A DNA stretch of 64,000 bases from Amoeboaphelidium protococcarum X5 (taxonomy: Eukaryota; Fungi; Aphelidiomycota), in the NCBI GenBank assembly GCA_023515725.1, contig JALDTO010000158.1, positions 310,001 to 374,000 of the forward strand, read 5' to 3'. Shown one piece after another: positions 13,495-27,419 of the stretch (the stretch's first letter is position 1; each line of letters opens with the position of its first letter). The notes below the pieces were generated by a model that ran no database searches, was not told the DNA's origin, and was given only the letters and a program-made list of their open reading frames with translations. The translations under genes were made by a program, and so were the position numbers.

Positions 13495-15294
13495 ATGGAT
13501 AATAATAGTCACATGAGTGATAGTTATAGTGATGAGTAAAATAGCGATCCCCTTGGGGATATATATGATTAAAATAACAAGTAATAAATGGATTTATAAA
13601 GGGAAAATAGTTAGCTGAATACTAACACTTTATAAGAGTCGCTGTTGTCTGAAAGGCCACCCTTCGCGGTAGTTGATGATAATGATGACAGCCAGTCTGA
13701 ATACGTGAGCTATAATGGATAGAGTGCTATAAATTCTCAAATGGCATCTCCTCATATTAATCAGTAATCGAAACAATATCTCACTCCTCTTAGTAGTCGC
13801 ATGGGCTAGATGAATTAGCATCAGGATTCATCGGCGCTATCTTCTGCGCTTGGTTAAAATCTGAATAACAGCCTCGAATCTTACATGGCATCCAGCGGTA
13901 AAGGTAATGATCGCCTCAATATGTACAATACTCTTATATCCGATACATCTCGGGCGAATGATGATATGGAGGATGGTCATCATTTCGGCAGTGGATCTGG
14001 ATTGATTTAAAATGCTGGCGAGTATTACCAAGATTCTATGTTTAAATATCTGTATATCTTCAGTTTAGCTGCTGCACTATTTAGTATGGCTATTTAGTTT
14101 TAGTATATATCCATGCCGCAATTTGGCACCTACGCGTCTTTGGACTTTGTGTCAATCGGCATTGGATTAGGATGGATTTTTCTATTATGGCGATTTCCGT
14201 AAACTCTCTTATGGGGCACAATTCTGATTGTTCCTGCTGGACTTTTGTTCACAGGAAGCTTCTGCTGGGTGGCTCTACCATATGATGCATGGTATACTTA
14301 CGTGATATCTGCAGGTAGTTTCATATCGTCTTTCATCGTAATTTATCTCATTAAATCTAAACAAGACTCCATTCATAATAGCTCAAAATTAGTTCAATTG
14401 TCGTGTCAGGTACTGGTTGAGTGTCCACAAATGATTTTATTATCAATCCTCATATTGGCTGCTTATGTTGCATTCTCTTCTGCCTATGCTATACTACTTT
14501 ATGGTTCGATCGGCTAGATTGAAAGCGCAGAGATTCTGAAAGTTATCGGCTACGTCGGTGTATTTCTGTGGTCTTCATCGATATTCCTGTACGTGGAGTA
14601 GTGCACAATATCCGGTATAGTAGCTGATTGGTACTTTCATAGGAATGATAGCCATCACAGTGCCGCCAGCAGTGCTATGAAATCTTTCCAGCGATCCGTC
14701 TCTTGGAACTTTGGCAGTCTCTGTCTGGCCGCCCTTATTGTCTCATTTGTCCAAATGGTCCGCGTAGTGCTCCGAATAATGCGGCATTGGTTCGAGAAAG
14801 TCACATTGCTATCCTCTTTACTAACTTACACAATGTACATGGAAAAGGCAGTGGATGGAATTAATAGTTACGCAATTGTATACATGGCTTACAGTGGAAT
14901 GAGCTTTATGGAGGCATCGCGGTCGTGCTTAGACTTGTTCAGGAAACGTGTACTGAATGGTATGATTGTCGATCTACTTACGAAATTGATTCTGTAATTT
15001 GGACCTGTGATTCTGTCCCTGCTCACGTACTTTATCGCTAGACAGGCGATGAGTTACGAGCAGAAGGCGTCATCCTACACGCTGATGTCCCTCCTAACCC
15101 CATTCTTCATGATAAAGTACTTTATGCATCTCCTCACCTGTGTCATGGATAGTCTATACGTTTGCTACGCGATTTCTCTTGACCTACCTGATGGCGCTGA
15201 TTACTGTCCTGTATCATATCAAATATTTCACGACTCTAGTAAGTATGGCATTCAATTAAAGCTATAACAGAAATCTTTTCCGCAAAATGCATGA
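13495..15294 (+). CDS. Choline transporter-like (CTL/SLC44/Pns1 family) membrane protein, 599 aa
   Basis: Multiple TM segments; TISGIVADWYF, SFQRSVSWNFGSLCLAALIV, NSYAIVYMAYSGMSFMEASR, MDSLYVCYA. Confidence 0.85.
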
Positions 15295-15602
15295 TTTACA
15301 TATAAATACACAGTTCATTGTTTCAAACTCTCGTTAGTATTTAATTTGCTTTTTAACTGTTCAGTCATAATCAACCGACATTTGTCATCACTTGATTATT
15401 AAACTGTCAATGCATGAAGGTACAAAAGTTAAATTTTCGCCAACGACGATCAATCTGGCCGATCGATCGGCAACTTTTACAACTGGTTCTTTTCATTGCA
15501 TCTCTTTATAACTCTTCATAGCTCTCTATAAACTCTTTATAAGGTTATATTTTATACTTGGAAGTAATTCGCTGTCTCTTAAATTTTCATAGTATAACAA
15601 GT

Positions 15603-17312
15603 ATGAAGTATAAATGGACGAGATCTGATCGAAGTGTGTAAAAGACATTCAAGGATGTGGTAATGGAAGGACTGGCGCCTGATGGCGGATTGTACATGCC
15701 GTCAGTGATACCTCAGGTGGATATTAGAACTTTTAATGGCAAGTCTTACCGTGACATGGCTTTCGCTGTATTCTCCTAGTTTATATCTAGCGATTAAATA
15801 CCATCAGAGGATTTGAAGTAGATTATAGACAAGAGCTATAGTACTTTTGCACTCGAGGATGTTGTCAGAACTGTGCGAGTTAATGATGATGATCTCTTTG
15901 TACTTGAACTCTTCCATGGCCCAACTTTTGCCTTCAAAGACGTGGCACTACAATTTCTAGGGAATGTATTTGAGTATTTTTTAGACCACAGCAATTCAAA
16001 GTAGGATTATGACCTCACATAGTCAAGTAATAGTAATGGCGATGTGAATAGGTTGACTATACTGGGTGCTACGAGTGGAGATACTGGTGGTGCGGCGATT
16101 TATGGTCTGAGAGGTAAGAAGAATATTGAGTGTTTTATTCTGCATCCACATCAAAAGATTAGTCCAATCCAAGAGGCTCAGATGACCACTGTCTTGGATG
16201 AGAATATTCATAATATTGCTATTGGCGATGGTGGTACTTTTGATGATTGTCAGGATTTAGTGAAGCAGTTGTTCAGTGATGTTGAGTTTAATCGCTCAGT
16301 CAACTTGGGTGCTGTTAATTCTATTAATTGGGCGCGTATAATGGCTCAGATTACTTATTACTTTCATTCTTACAACGAGCTATAGAGCAAGTATAAGTAA
16401 GGTTTGCAGAATGGATCTCATGATTAATAAGTATCGTTTGTGGTGCCAACAGGTAATTTTGGTGATATCCTGGCCGGCTTTTATGCGCTCAAGATGGGAC
16501 TCCCGATTGATCGACTGATTATTGCTACGAATGCAAATGATATTCTGTATCGCTTTTTTAAGACTGGCAAGTACGAGAAGTAGACAGCACTGGAAACTTA
16601 TGCTCCTGCTATGGACATTTAGATTAGTAGTAATTTTGAAAGATTTCTGCATCATATAGTGTAAGAAGTGATCATGCAATAAAACGAAAAGTTGGAGTCT
16701 TGTGATGCTTCTGACCAGGCGTCTGAGTGTATTAGAGGCTGGATGAAATAGCTCAAGAGTGATGGTAGATTCAGCGTGTTCGATCACAAGTACGGTGAGT
16801 AGATTTTGCACTTAGCTAATAAGTATTTTTCAGTTGATACCGCAACTGATGAAGATATATTGAGATCCATCCACTCTGTGTACAATAATGATGGCAATTA
16901 TGTTCTGGATCCCCATACTGCGTGTGCCGTCCATGTAGCAAGAAAGTTGAAGTTAGCGAAAGATGTTGGAAGTATGGTGGTATGTCTCGCCACAGCCCAT
17001 CCTGTAAAATTTCTCAGTGTGGTGGATAAAGGGATTAATCAAAAGGTGGACACTGCGTAACAGCTGCATCTATAATAATAATCCTAGGTGTCAAGTCTGT
17101 AATCAGATCGTCAATCTAATGAATTGCACTCTCTTACAGCTTAGTAATAGTCATGGTTGACAAAGGAGCATTGCGCTGATGCACCGTTTCCTATACCTGA
17201 ATGGTTTTTGGGTATAATGTAAAAGTAGAAGAGAGTCCAGTTACTACCGAAGAATGCAGACAAATTGAAGCAGTTTATATTATCAAAAGTTTAGGGACCA
17301 ATTAGAAATTGA
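15603..17312 (+). CDS. THR4: Threonine synthase, 569 aa
   Basis: GLAPDGGLYMP, LELFHGPTFAFKDVALQF (PLP lysine), GATSGDTG, NSINWAR, VPTGNFGD, DPHTA, LATAHP.KF. Confidence 0.95.
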
Positions 17313-17393
17313 TACTGACATTGAATAATTGAATCTACATTGAAAATGCTATCATGTTATTCATTTAATCAACCTATCAAATCACAGACCATA

Positions 17394-20300
17394 TCAACGC
17401 TTCTTCTTCTTTGGGCGAGTGTCATCATCTTCATCGTCATCCTCGTCATATCCACGACTAGACTTACCACCGCGGAACTTATTACGATCATCTTCACGGC
17501 GAGCCTTCTTCTCCAACTCATCCCAATCCTCACCAGACTCATCTTCTTCACTGTCGCCGGAAAATTCATCCTCCTCCTCCTCATCGTCATCATCTTCCTC
17601 AAAGTCCGATTCATCATCGTCATCTTCATACTCTTCCTCCTCTTCAGATGGAGGTTCAAATTCACTGGCAGAGTCTTCCTCGTCTTCAACATCGCCACCT
17701 TCTCCTCCATCATCAGCTTCTTCATTCAGCGTATTCCAACCACCATCTTCATAGAATCCGTACGGATCTTCATTCACATTCTTCAGGATGGCGTTCCAGT
17801 TCAAGTTGAGAGGTCCTTCCAGGAATGGAATATCAACAGAGTCCAACCACTCTTTCACATGCTCCAACATCTTCATTGGAATAGTGTTGATGTGTATCGG
17901 TGTCTTGGTCAGATCCTTGAAGATCATGACGATATCAAAATTCTTTAGATGGAATTAGACACGCTCCAAGTACGCCAATTCAACTTCACTCAACGTTATC
18001 ACAGTAAACGGAGGATCACTCAAGTGGATAAGACACTCTGTAGTCGGCTGGAGTAGAACATTGGAACGGCTTGGTACACCGCTGAACCCCAATTCTCTAA
18101 ATGGCATATCAGCCTCAACCTCGCCACCACTCACCTCCCCAATCTTCTCTGCAAATACCTTGAATTCACGATTCAGCTTCTGACGACGACGACGCTCCTC
18201 CTGCTCAGCCATCAGCTCATCTTCATCGCCAAAGTTGCGACGTCTTCTATTGCCGGTCTCATCAAAAGATGCATCCGTTGCCTCCCTGATGAACTGAATA
18301 TCCTTAGTCTTCTTCTTACCCACCATGATGAAGTCTTTCAGATGGAAATGCAGTATAACAAACAGTTCATTATCACAAGGCTAGAAGAATAGATGCTTCA
18401 CATTGCTAAATAAAATGTCCAGCTATTGGTCACCACGAATATTAGAGTAACGGACACCATTCTAATGGATGGCGAGATCACCAGGTAACTTTTTCCCCTC
18501 CAGCGCGGGACGAATGTTAACATCCTACAGAATGGCCAGCGGACGCTTGTTCGCAATCAACTCTCCTTGCTCCACCAAATCTTGACGCTACTTTCTCTCA
18601 GCCTCTCTCTTGGCCAAGTCACGCTTACACTCGGTAATCTACTTGTACAGCTCAGTAAATCTAGCAATCTCATTAGATCTGAACGTGAACGAGCGGACAA
18701 ACGTGGCATTTGGATCATCATATGGAAGATTCTCATCCTTCTTCACCGTCTAACCTGGAGTGTTGAAATTGAATCTGAGGTAGCAATAGTCTCCCTCTTC
18801 ATTCTTACTCAAGTTTTTTAGAGTGTTCAGGTGGAATGGTACAGCATAACCCATTATCGGCAAAATGACAGTCTCAGCTCTTTTATCGATGATGATTCTA
18901 CAATTGCGGACTTCCTTTGGTACTTGAGATTCCTTCTTATAACTCTCATAGCGCCGGAATACTTGTCTCTGTGCATCAGCGTTACCGCCTTCAACATCAC
19001 CATATCTGTTCATACCTTCCTGAACACGCTATGTCAACAACTGCTTCTAGTGCTTTCTTCTCAGCTACTCGGAATTGACATCATCTTTGGCTTCATTGCG
19101 CAGCTTGACATCAAGTATGGCAGACTTGGCATTCCTGGTCATTACAGTCTTCTCCACGATAGATTGCTGCTTCTACTATTACTCTTCACTCAAGTAGAAG
19201 ACGATGTCAGCCATCTCTGGAGCATTGCCAGTCAAACATTTAGCACCGCTATCTCCCTCGCCGACTAACAGAGTGTCACCCAATACCAGCCCGTACTCTT
19301 TACCACCATCGACAGTCTTGAGGCCACTGAAACCCAAAATCAGCACTACAGTCATTCCACTCTAGAATACTTTATCCGCACTCTTATTTCCAATGACCAT
19401 GGAGGATTCTCTAAATTCAATACCAGTAACAAAGCCGAGATTCTTGACAAAATGATCCTTCAGCTCAGGCTTCTCCCTGCCAATATACTCAACTGCTTGA
19501 TCATAGGCCTATTTCATATTCATGCCAGACTTGATCAAGGTGGAAAGTACAAACTATCTGAAGCGCAGCAGGAACTTGTAATTCTCCTCCACGTCCTTAC
19601 TTGGATTGATCAAGAATGAGCGCGCAATATTAGAGCAGTAACTCTTGTACCTCACACCCAGAGACGCAGTAATCACGCCGGTATGAGATAGATTCTAACC
19701 ATTAGACTGAGCAGATGGCTTGAAGTCATACGGAGCTTTACTTTAAATGATAGGAGTATAACACAGATCCAACATGTCAGTCTCCATGTTGGGAGGCAGT
19801 AGTAATTGGTCAATAATCTTCTAATTAGCAATTCCACCTTCAATCTTCTCTGCCAACTTTTCATGAGTAATCTTTCTACCAGAATCGATGTATGAAGTCA
19901 TTTCATCCACAAAATACTTATTCAGAAGATGATCGGACGCTTTGGACGCCAACTGCGTCAACTCAATCTCGGCACCATCTTTAATTGCCATACATGAGGC
20001 CACCTTGGCAGAGGCGTCTCTTTCAGTCAAGTTCAAATGGGAGGAAGCTTCTTTAAACTCGGCAATGACTTTTCCACTCAGCGACTGGCGATCCTTGACA
20101 AATACACCAACCTCAGTCTTGGATTCAAGATAGTCCATCAATTTCTCCAACTCCTATTTATTCTAATCGGCATCTTTAGTGCGCACACACGCTTCGACTA
20201 GGAATCCATCCGTCTGTTGTAATTACTAAAGAATCTGCGCCTTCTTCTAAGAGCAATAAACCACCAGCTTCTCAGTGGTTAATAGCATACATACATCCGG

Positions 20301-20486
20301 GAATTCATAGCCAAAAAGCCACGTTTATAGAGCGGTAGATTTCTGGTACGTTTACACATTCTCTGCATCATCACCTTGGTCACTGCCGGTGATGACCAGC
20401 AATTGCCCGACACTCTTCAGAAGGCTAGCTCTCAGCTTCTCAAATCGAGACTTGAACTGGGCTTAATCTAATTTTACTGCAGTCAT
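17394..20486 (-). CDS. SPT16: FACT complex subunit Spt16, 1030 aa
   Basis: [59 protein letters not shown], acidic tail with GEDWDELE. Confidence 0.97.
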
Positions 20487-21187
20487 TTCTAAGGCCTTTT
20501 TTATGCAAGTAGTCTCTCCAATATTAATTAAAAGTATACTTTTAGAATGGGCGAAACGCGTTTGAAAGAGAACGAGAGAGAGAAAACGAAGCGCGCTGTT
20601 TCGCCGCTATACTGAAAGCGTCGTAATGTCGCACAGGCAAGCTGATGTACTGGCCACTCTTAGGCACACTGTAGAGAGGAAAACCTCCCACAATGAATTG
20701 AACGCACAGTTTTTGAATAAACGCATTATACATAAGAGTAAAACACACACTTTACAGGGACATACAAGCTCTTCAGAAAGTTACAGAGTTCATCATTATA
20801 AATTTTATTCGAGTGTTTCTCAACAAAGTCTTGTAAGTACTGCGCTGTAGTTGAGTTAGACGCGCTTGTCGATCAATAACTCCTTAGCCAATTATTTCTC
20901 TTGCAGTAGTTAATGACTCACAATCCATTGAGTTGAAACAGCCAATCAATATCACTGTGTTGGTGAATGAGCAAATGTAACCGTTACCTATGTTTGTAGA
21001 TCCATTAGCTAATCCCAGGGGTTAGATGATACTCTGGGGCGACCTTAACCAATCAGGGGCATCTTTGCCAATCCAATCCCATCCCAATTGCTTCGTATCT
21101 TTTATGACCATTTTCCTTTTCTTTTTTTCACAACAACTATCTGCACTTTGCATTTAAAATACAATCTATCGAATTTACTACTTGAAA

Positions 21188-21376
21188 ATGAAATTCTTAT
21201 TCTTTGTTGCTTTGGCCTTGGCTAGTGTGCTGGCTCTGCCACAACTGAATATCAAGGAGAAGGAGACGGTGACTCCTGTCTATAACAAGGACGGATCAAT
21301 TCAGAAGCCTGGCGTCAAGTTTATCGCTGAGGATTATGAAAAACCCAATCCTTACTGGGATGAGCCTAAGAATTGA
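21188..21376 (+). CDS. Small secreted peptide, 62 aa
   Basis: Signal peptide MKFLFFVALALASVLA followed by a 46-aa charged peptide; TGA stop; CCAAT boxes upstream. Confidence 0.7.
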   Translation: MKFLFFVALALASVLALPQLNIKEKETVTPVYNKDGSIQKPGVKFIAEDYEKPNPYWDEPKN

Positions 21377-22211
21377 TACTGCTGGTAGCTGGTAGTGACT
21401 TTATGAAAAAGAGGTGATTTTGGAATCAATAAATAATCAATGCAATTTTTGTATCTTAGTTTCATCATTTTACCTTCGATACTGCTTTGCTCTCCAAATC
21501 GCGTATTTTGTGTCCGAGTGCTTAATGAGATACTTACTCGCCATGGTCTGTTGATACGATATTCTCCTACAATAAGCACTCATACAGCCGGCTCTTAAAA
21601 ATAGCGTGCGCGAGACATGTGAATCGATGAGATGACGTTGAGGTGTTACGCGCGGGTATTGGGTGGGATATTACTGATTCTAAACTCCGCAGTCTCTCGC
21701 TGCCGATCACCTCGTGTATCAAGAATAGTCATAATGTTGGTTTATAAATGAGCTTCACTTAATCCAGCTACGTTATATAACTAGATCATACTAATAGACA
21801 AAGGTACAGATGGAAGCTAGGATGGTGAAATGTGACCTTTTCGTAAAGCAAAAAATCGTGGCAATAAAGTGTGGCTGTTTCCTTAGACTTCAGATCAGCT
21901 ATGCTTCTTTCTATCCAAACAATCTATTTTGTGATCAAACACTCAGAAAACTAAATATCAAATGAAATGAAGACTCTTCATTCATAGATCCTATTACGGC
22001 CTGATTATGCTATACACGATTTATATCGCTCAACTTCGGCACATTTAATCAAAAGTAAATACAACATGAGAACAATCTTCATGTTAGAAAGTTATAATAA
22101 ATATCATTAAGCTTTTCCCTCTCATTCCTTCTTCCTCTTCTTCAATTTTTGTTTAAGCGTCAGAACAGTATATTCTTTACTCGAAGATACACGCTGTATA
22201 AATCCCAAATA

Positions 22212-25028
22212 ATGTAAAATCTAGATTTATAGACATTAAAGAAGCGTGCCAAGTATTATGTGCCCATATTTAGCTGGCTGCCCAAGTATGATGTGAGGTA
22301 GAATTTGAGTAAAGATTTCTTTGCTGGCCTGACTGTCAGTCTGCTGATTATACCTCAAAGTCTATCATATAGTCTATCGCTGTGTCATCTGCCTGCAGTA
22401 TACGGATTATATACATCATTCATCGCTATGCTTGTATATGGATTATTTGGTATGAGCAGGCAACTCAGTGTTGGGCCTGAGGCTTTGATATGCCTACTGA
22501 TTGGAAATGCAATATAGAGCAATACCGTGTTACCTGTTCCACCTATTGCGAATTCCTCGCTATCACTGAATACATCTCAATCGTTATCCTCTCTTCATTC
22601 GCTATTTAATATCAGCACTGCTAGTGGTAATAGTCTTGATTCCGGTATTTTATAGCAGTAGATTGAGATCGCCACCACGCTAGCACTACTTGTCGGCGTG
22701 TTCACCTTGGCTCTCGGTTTAGCAAGACTTGGATTCTTGGACTCTGTGCTCTCATAATCTCTGCTCAGAGGATTTATTACAGCAGTCGCATTGGTCATAT
22801 TCATAGAGTAGATGCCTGTATTATTTGGTCTACCTTAGCCCCTACTTCCTGATGGACATCCTTAACATGGAGATGAAACTGAAAGTCCATTCCAGAAGTT
22901 TTCTCTTATTCTAGGACACTTGCACCAGTCCAATTGGAGATCGATATTGATGTCTGTATTATCATTAGGATTCTTATTCGGAGTTAAAGCACTAAAATCG
23001 TATGCATAACATAGTAGGTCAGTTTAATAGGAATCTGGCTCAGATGAAGAGCCTTTGAGTTGGAGAGAGATATTTAGTAGTAATCGCCATTAGTATTAGA
23101 GGGTTGATCAGTAAGGTAACTTCATTCCAGGTCGAAAATTATCAGCAATTTGGAACAAGGTGAAGAACTGGATCATATTATTACCTGAGATTCTAATACT
23201 TATTCTGGTCACGTCTTTGATAACGTATTCTTTTCATTTGCATGATAATGTGTCTAATGTGGCAATATTGGGTGATAGTGCTTTGTAGACTGGTTTTAAA
23301 GGATCAGTCTGGCCGAAGTTGACTTTGAACCGGGTAAAGGCTCTTCTGACTCCGGCGATACTTATTAGCGTACTTGGCTTTGTAGAAGCAACGGTGGTGA
23401 GTAAGCAGTTTGCGTAAAAGTATCATTATACAGTGTCTCCGAATAGGGAGCTGGTTGCGTTTGGTGTTATGAATATCATTGGCTCACTGTTGAATGCTTT
23501 TCCGGCGTATGCGTCTATGGCCAGAAGTCATTTGGCTGATAGTGCTCACGCAAAGACTCAGCTATATTCCATACTTGGCGGATTGCTGGTCATGTTGACC
23601 ATATTGTTCATTCTACCCGTATTCTATTATGTTCCACTCAGTGTCATGGGCAGTATCGTTTGTTACGCAGCCTCTGGTCTCTTGGAGTTTGAGGATCTCG
23701 TGTTCTGGATAAAGATTGGCGCGTGGTGGCCAGATATTGGTATGATGATTCTCAGTGCCCTAACCACTATCTTTGTGGGTGTAGAGGCTGGTATTCTTGG
23801 TAGTATTGCTGTCAGTTTAATACTTGTGGTTAAAGAGAGTACTCGTGTTAAAATGTCAGTCTTGGTTAAAGTTCCTGCTGCTTCTCTGGATGGTTAATTT
23901 GATGGTGATAATGATCAATTGTCGCAGCAATAATCGACACAACCTACAGATAGTCAGGCTCAATTTCAAGCGCAGAATCATTCTATGCCTAGCTCATAGG
24001 CTTCGCCTGTATTGCAGAAATTCTAAACTTCTATGCCTGTGAGCTCTAACGTGAGTCCGAATACTGACATGACATCGTCAAGGCATAAGGCTGGCAAATT
24101 TAAATATAAACCGCTGGAAGAGGTTTACTCGGCAGCCGGATAAAGTCTCGGAATGACTGGTTCTTTAATAGGCGGCGGCAGTGTAGCAAATTAGTCATAA
24201 CCTGCAGCGCAGCAGCATTTGGAGGATATCCTCATTGTGCGTATTGAAGAGAGATTGACATTTGCAAATACAGGTTAATTAATGGATAGATTGAGGCGTG
24301 CTGAGGCATACGGTGGATGGTTACATACTCATCCTAGTGAAGAATCTAAACGAGACTAGACACGGTAAGGTTTACTATCTGTGGTGTAGCATTCAGACTC
24401 ATCTCTTAGTCTGCGCGGTCGACGGAGGAATGGCTCTGATGGTAGTGCTCAAAGTCTTACCGAGGGTGCCGATTTCCCGCTGCGAAAATCGCGTAGAAAG
24501 ACGAAGCATCAATTGATTAACGTCACGCTGGATGGTTCGCGGTATGAGTCCATGTCTCATCAAGATGTTGATACGGATAGTGTATTTTCTAAAGATTCGG
24601 TAGATCCCGATGAAGATAACCATATATAGAATGATCGAGACATTGATGATGACCTTTAAGTTGCATAATCATTGTCGCCATAATACCTCAAGGCTATTAT
24701 ATTTGATATCGAGAATATGCCCGACATTGATGCTAGTGCTTTACTCACGCTGACTCATATTGTCTAATCGTTTGTTGACCGCAACATTGCCGTATGCTTT
24801 GTCAAGATGCGCGAGAATGTAAAGCGAAAATTTATAGTCTGCGGCTTGATTGGAGATGTCTTGAGAAGTGACTGCTTCTTTCGCAAGATCAAGGATGCTG
24901 AAGATTATCTGCGGTCTAAATGGAGTCAGGAAGAGTCTTTTGATAATCCTAACAATGCGTAGTCATACGAAGATGAAGAAGATATACTCAACATCAATCA
25001 AGGATATTCAACGTACGATGTTTTATGA
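22212..25028 (+). CDS. SLC26/SulP sulfate-anion transporter with STAS domain, about 938 aa
   Basis: YYVPIFSWLPKY, DFFAGLTV..IIPQSLSY, GLYTSF, QLSVGPEA, PNRELVAFG, STAS IIFDIENMPDIDASA. Confidence 0.92.
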
Positions 25029-25179
25029 TTATACTGTATTAAGTGGAATTCATAAAAGTTGAGATTGACCATTGTCGATGTTTTACACAGAACTTGCTTA
25101 TCAATCTTCTCTTTCTCATTGAGGCTAAAACCCAAGCTTAACAGCACTACATTTTTTATTTAGAACAACCATTACAAAG

Positions 25180-26268
25180 TCATTTATAAAACGTTTTTAA
25201 ATGAAATTCATCGTCTTTATCATCGCTGTCACCCGGAAGATTGCTTACTAAACTTCGCCAAACTTGGGGACCTCTACTTTAGTCTCTTCGTCTGATGTTG
25301 GCATTCTAATCAATAATTTAGCCAAGAAACATCATGACATTGTGGAAACTCTTTGTGTCAATCCCGGCAATTTACTAGCAATTTTTTACAAATCTATCCA
25401 CATTCAGAAATGCTCCTAAAATCGGACTCCAATCTAGTGGGAAAACCTAAGTATACTAAAGTAAAAACTGCTTGAGAGTGTCTCCATCTACAAAATGCAG
25501 CCGCTATCGTAATACTTGCTCGTCCAACTCCCAATCGTAGTAGGCGAGGTAATCAAACGATTTAGACGCGTCTAACAGAGTATCTAGAGACTCTGTGAAT
25601 CCAGCAGCATTGTTCCAAATCAGGATAGTAATGCATCCTTTTTCTAAGCTTGGCTGCTTAAGGCGGCTACTTCAGGTCCTTCCACAAAGCGGAGGAGATC
25701 AAGCTCTCGGACAGCTTAGTCTTGTAGAAAAAGCCAGCAGACACCTAATCCAAATCAATCTCCAGTGAGCATTTCATCAGCCCGGCAAGAACATCGAGGT
25801 GACATTTTCTGGCGTCTGCATCAGATCTTGTTGTACCAGGCGATACGCGTGCAACACCAAAGTATTTACAGCTCTTCTGAAGCTTTGATACAGACAGTCC
25901 TTTCAAGCCAAAACTTTAACGCCATTATGCACTTAGAACTCTTAAATTTTTGGCTCGACCTCTACTATGGCCTTCTTGGATACTTATCGAGAACTAATCT
26001 ACCTTGTAGGATATGACTTATTCTACATCTTAGGCTCCACCAAAAATTCCGTGATCTTGTTCAGTTTCAGCTCTTGCAAACCATCCTTGTGCCAGTAATC
26101 CCTGATCAAGTCTTCTATGATTAACAAGTTCATATTACTATAGCCTAATTACTTGAGTCTCTTGAAGAAATACATGCACGAATAGCCATAAAATTACTTG
26201 GCAGATTTGAACTCATTCAGGATATCACATAATGCAGTCTTTGAAGCCGAATCTGAGATTTCATCCAT
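25180..26268 (-). CDS. Hypothetical protein with a frame break (unresolved intron or frameshift near 26020-26140)
   Basis: The frame from ATG 26268 and a long downstream frame ending at TGA 25180-25182 overlap out of phase. A TGTAG acceptor at 26023-26027 could join them. Confidence 0.35.
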
Positions 26269-26394
26269 TTTCCATAAAATTAATTTAAGCCGCCACCGAG
26301 AGACTGAACAGTAATCGAAACGAAGAATCCCCATCATCATAGTTTGCAATTATAATCAACTATGGTTTCTTATTTGCTGTATGATTTTTTAGAA

Positions 26395-26940
26395 TAAAAA
26401 GGAATCAGCAGAATTCACAGTACACAAAATCATCCGGTTATAGAGTTCTTATGGTGATTTAGATTTAATGCCAGTATAATGAACCGAGTAGGTAGACAGT
26501 TTGAGAGGCAACTGGACGCAGATGCTAAAAATCACCAAATGTTACAATATGATAGCCACCAAAGTCGTGATCATTTTCATGAATTAACTGAAGGACAATA
26601 TTCCAATGCCATAATAAATTGCAATCCAGCATGGACACTTCATCAACTATATGATACTTGTACTGATAAAGCTTGTCTCTCATTTTGTCAATATACTCGG
26701 TGGAAATACAATAAATAGCAGTTACTTCTCACGAGCCAAACCAATAATCGAATGTAGACATCTCCACGACATATATCAAGAATAAACCAACTGAGAATGA
26801 GCATGAACGCTATCCATCAGAATAAATTAGGCACTGAGCCGCTTAGAAGTAACCTAGCAGGACGTTGATGTCTTTGTGCTTTGTAAAGTGTAGTACCACT
26901 AATTAATGTGATGCTGTATTGATTAGCCTGTCACATAAAC
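26395..26940 (-). pseudogene. Degenerate PIF1-like helicase fragment (possible Helitron relic)
   Basis: IVDEVSML (motif II) and DFGGYHIVTFGDFQHLRPV (motif III) are present. An in-frame TGA and a frameshift lie upstream, and Walker A is eroded. Confidence 0.75.
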
Positions 26941-27419
26941 CCAGATCCAACAATTGGATGCAGACTGTATAGCTGCTTCCGCATCCCTGTCGGAGCTTTA
27001 TCTTGGTGCTACTGAAGTCAAACATAGTATTCCAAATAGGTGATGGAGGTATCTGGAGTCAGTTTTATGGTGGCATTGTTATAGCTACGTCTTGAATTTC
27101 AACCAGTAAGCTTTCGTCGTTGTAAAATCGTACTCCACTCTGTCACCAAACTCGAAAGAGAGAAGTCCACCAAGGACTCGAGACGGCTAGCAACAGTTTG
27201 TCTGACAAAAACCAGTTCAGATGAAGTATTACTCTATGGAGAGTCGGCGGAGGAAGCCACAGCACTGGTGGTCTAACTATCGGGTGTGTCATTCTCTTCG
27301 TTATGTAGACGACATCCCTCAACTTGAACTGCAGAAAAGCAGAAATGAAATCCCAGTGGTCAATAGATGCAGAGTATTGAGCAGAGAAACCCAACAGTAA
27401 TTTAAGCAGTGTATAGCCA

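Noticed and set aside
17340-17948. Plus-strand poly-Ser and hydrophobic ORFs (17340-17948, 17419-17754)
   Set aside because: They are antisense shadows of the acidic SPT16 tail
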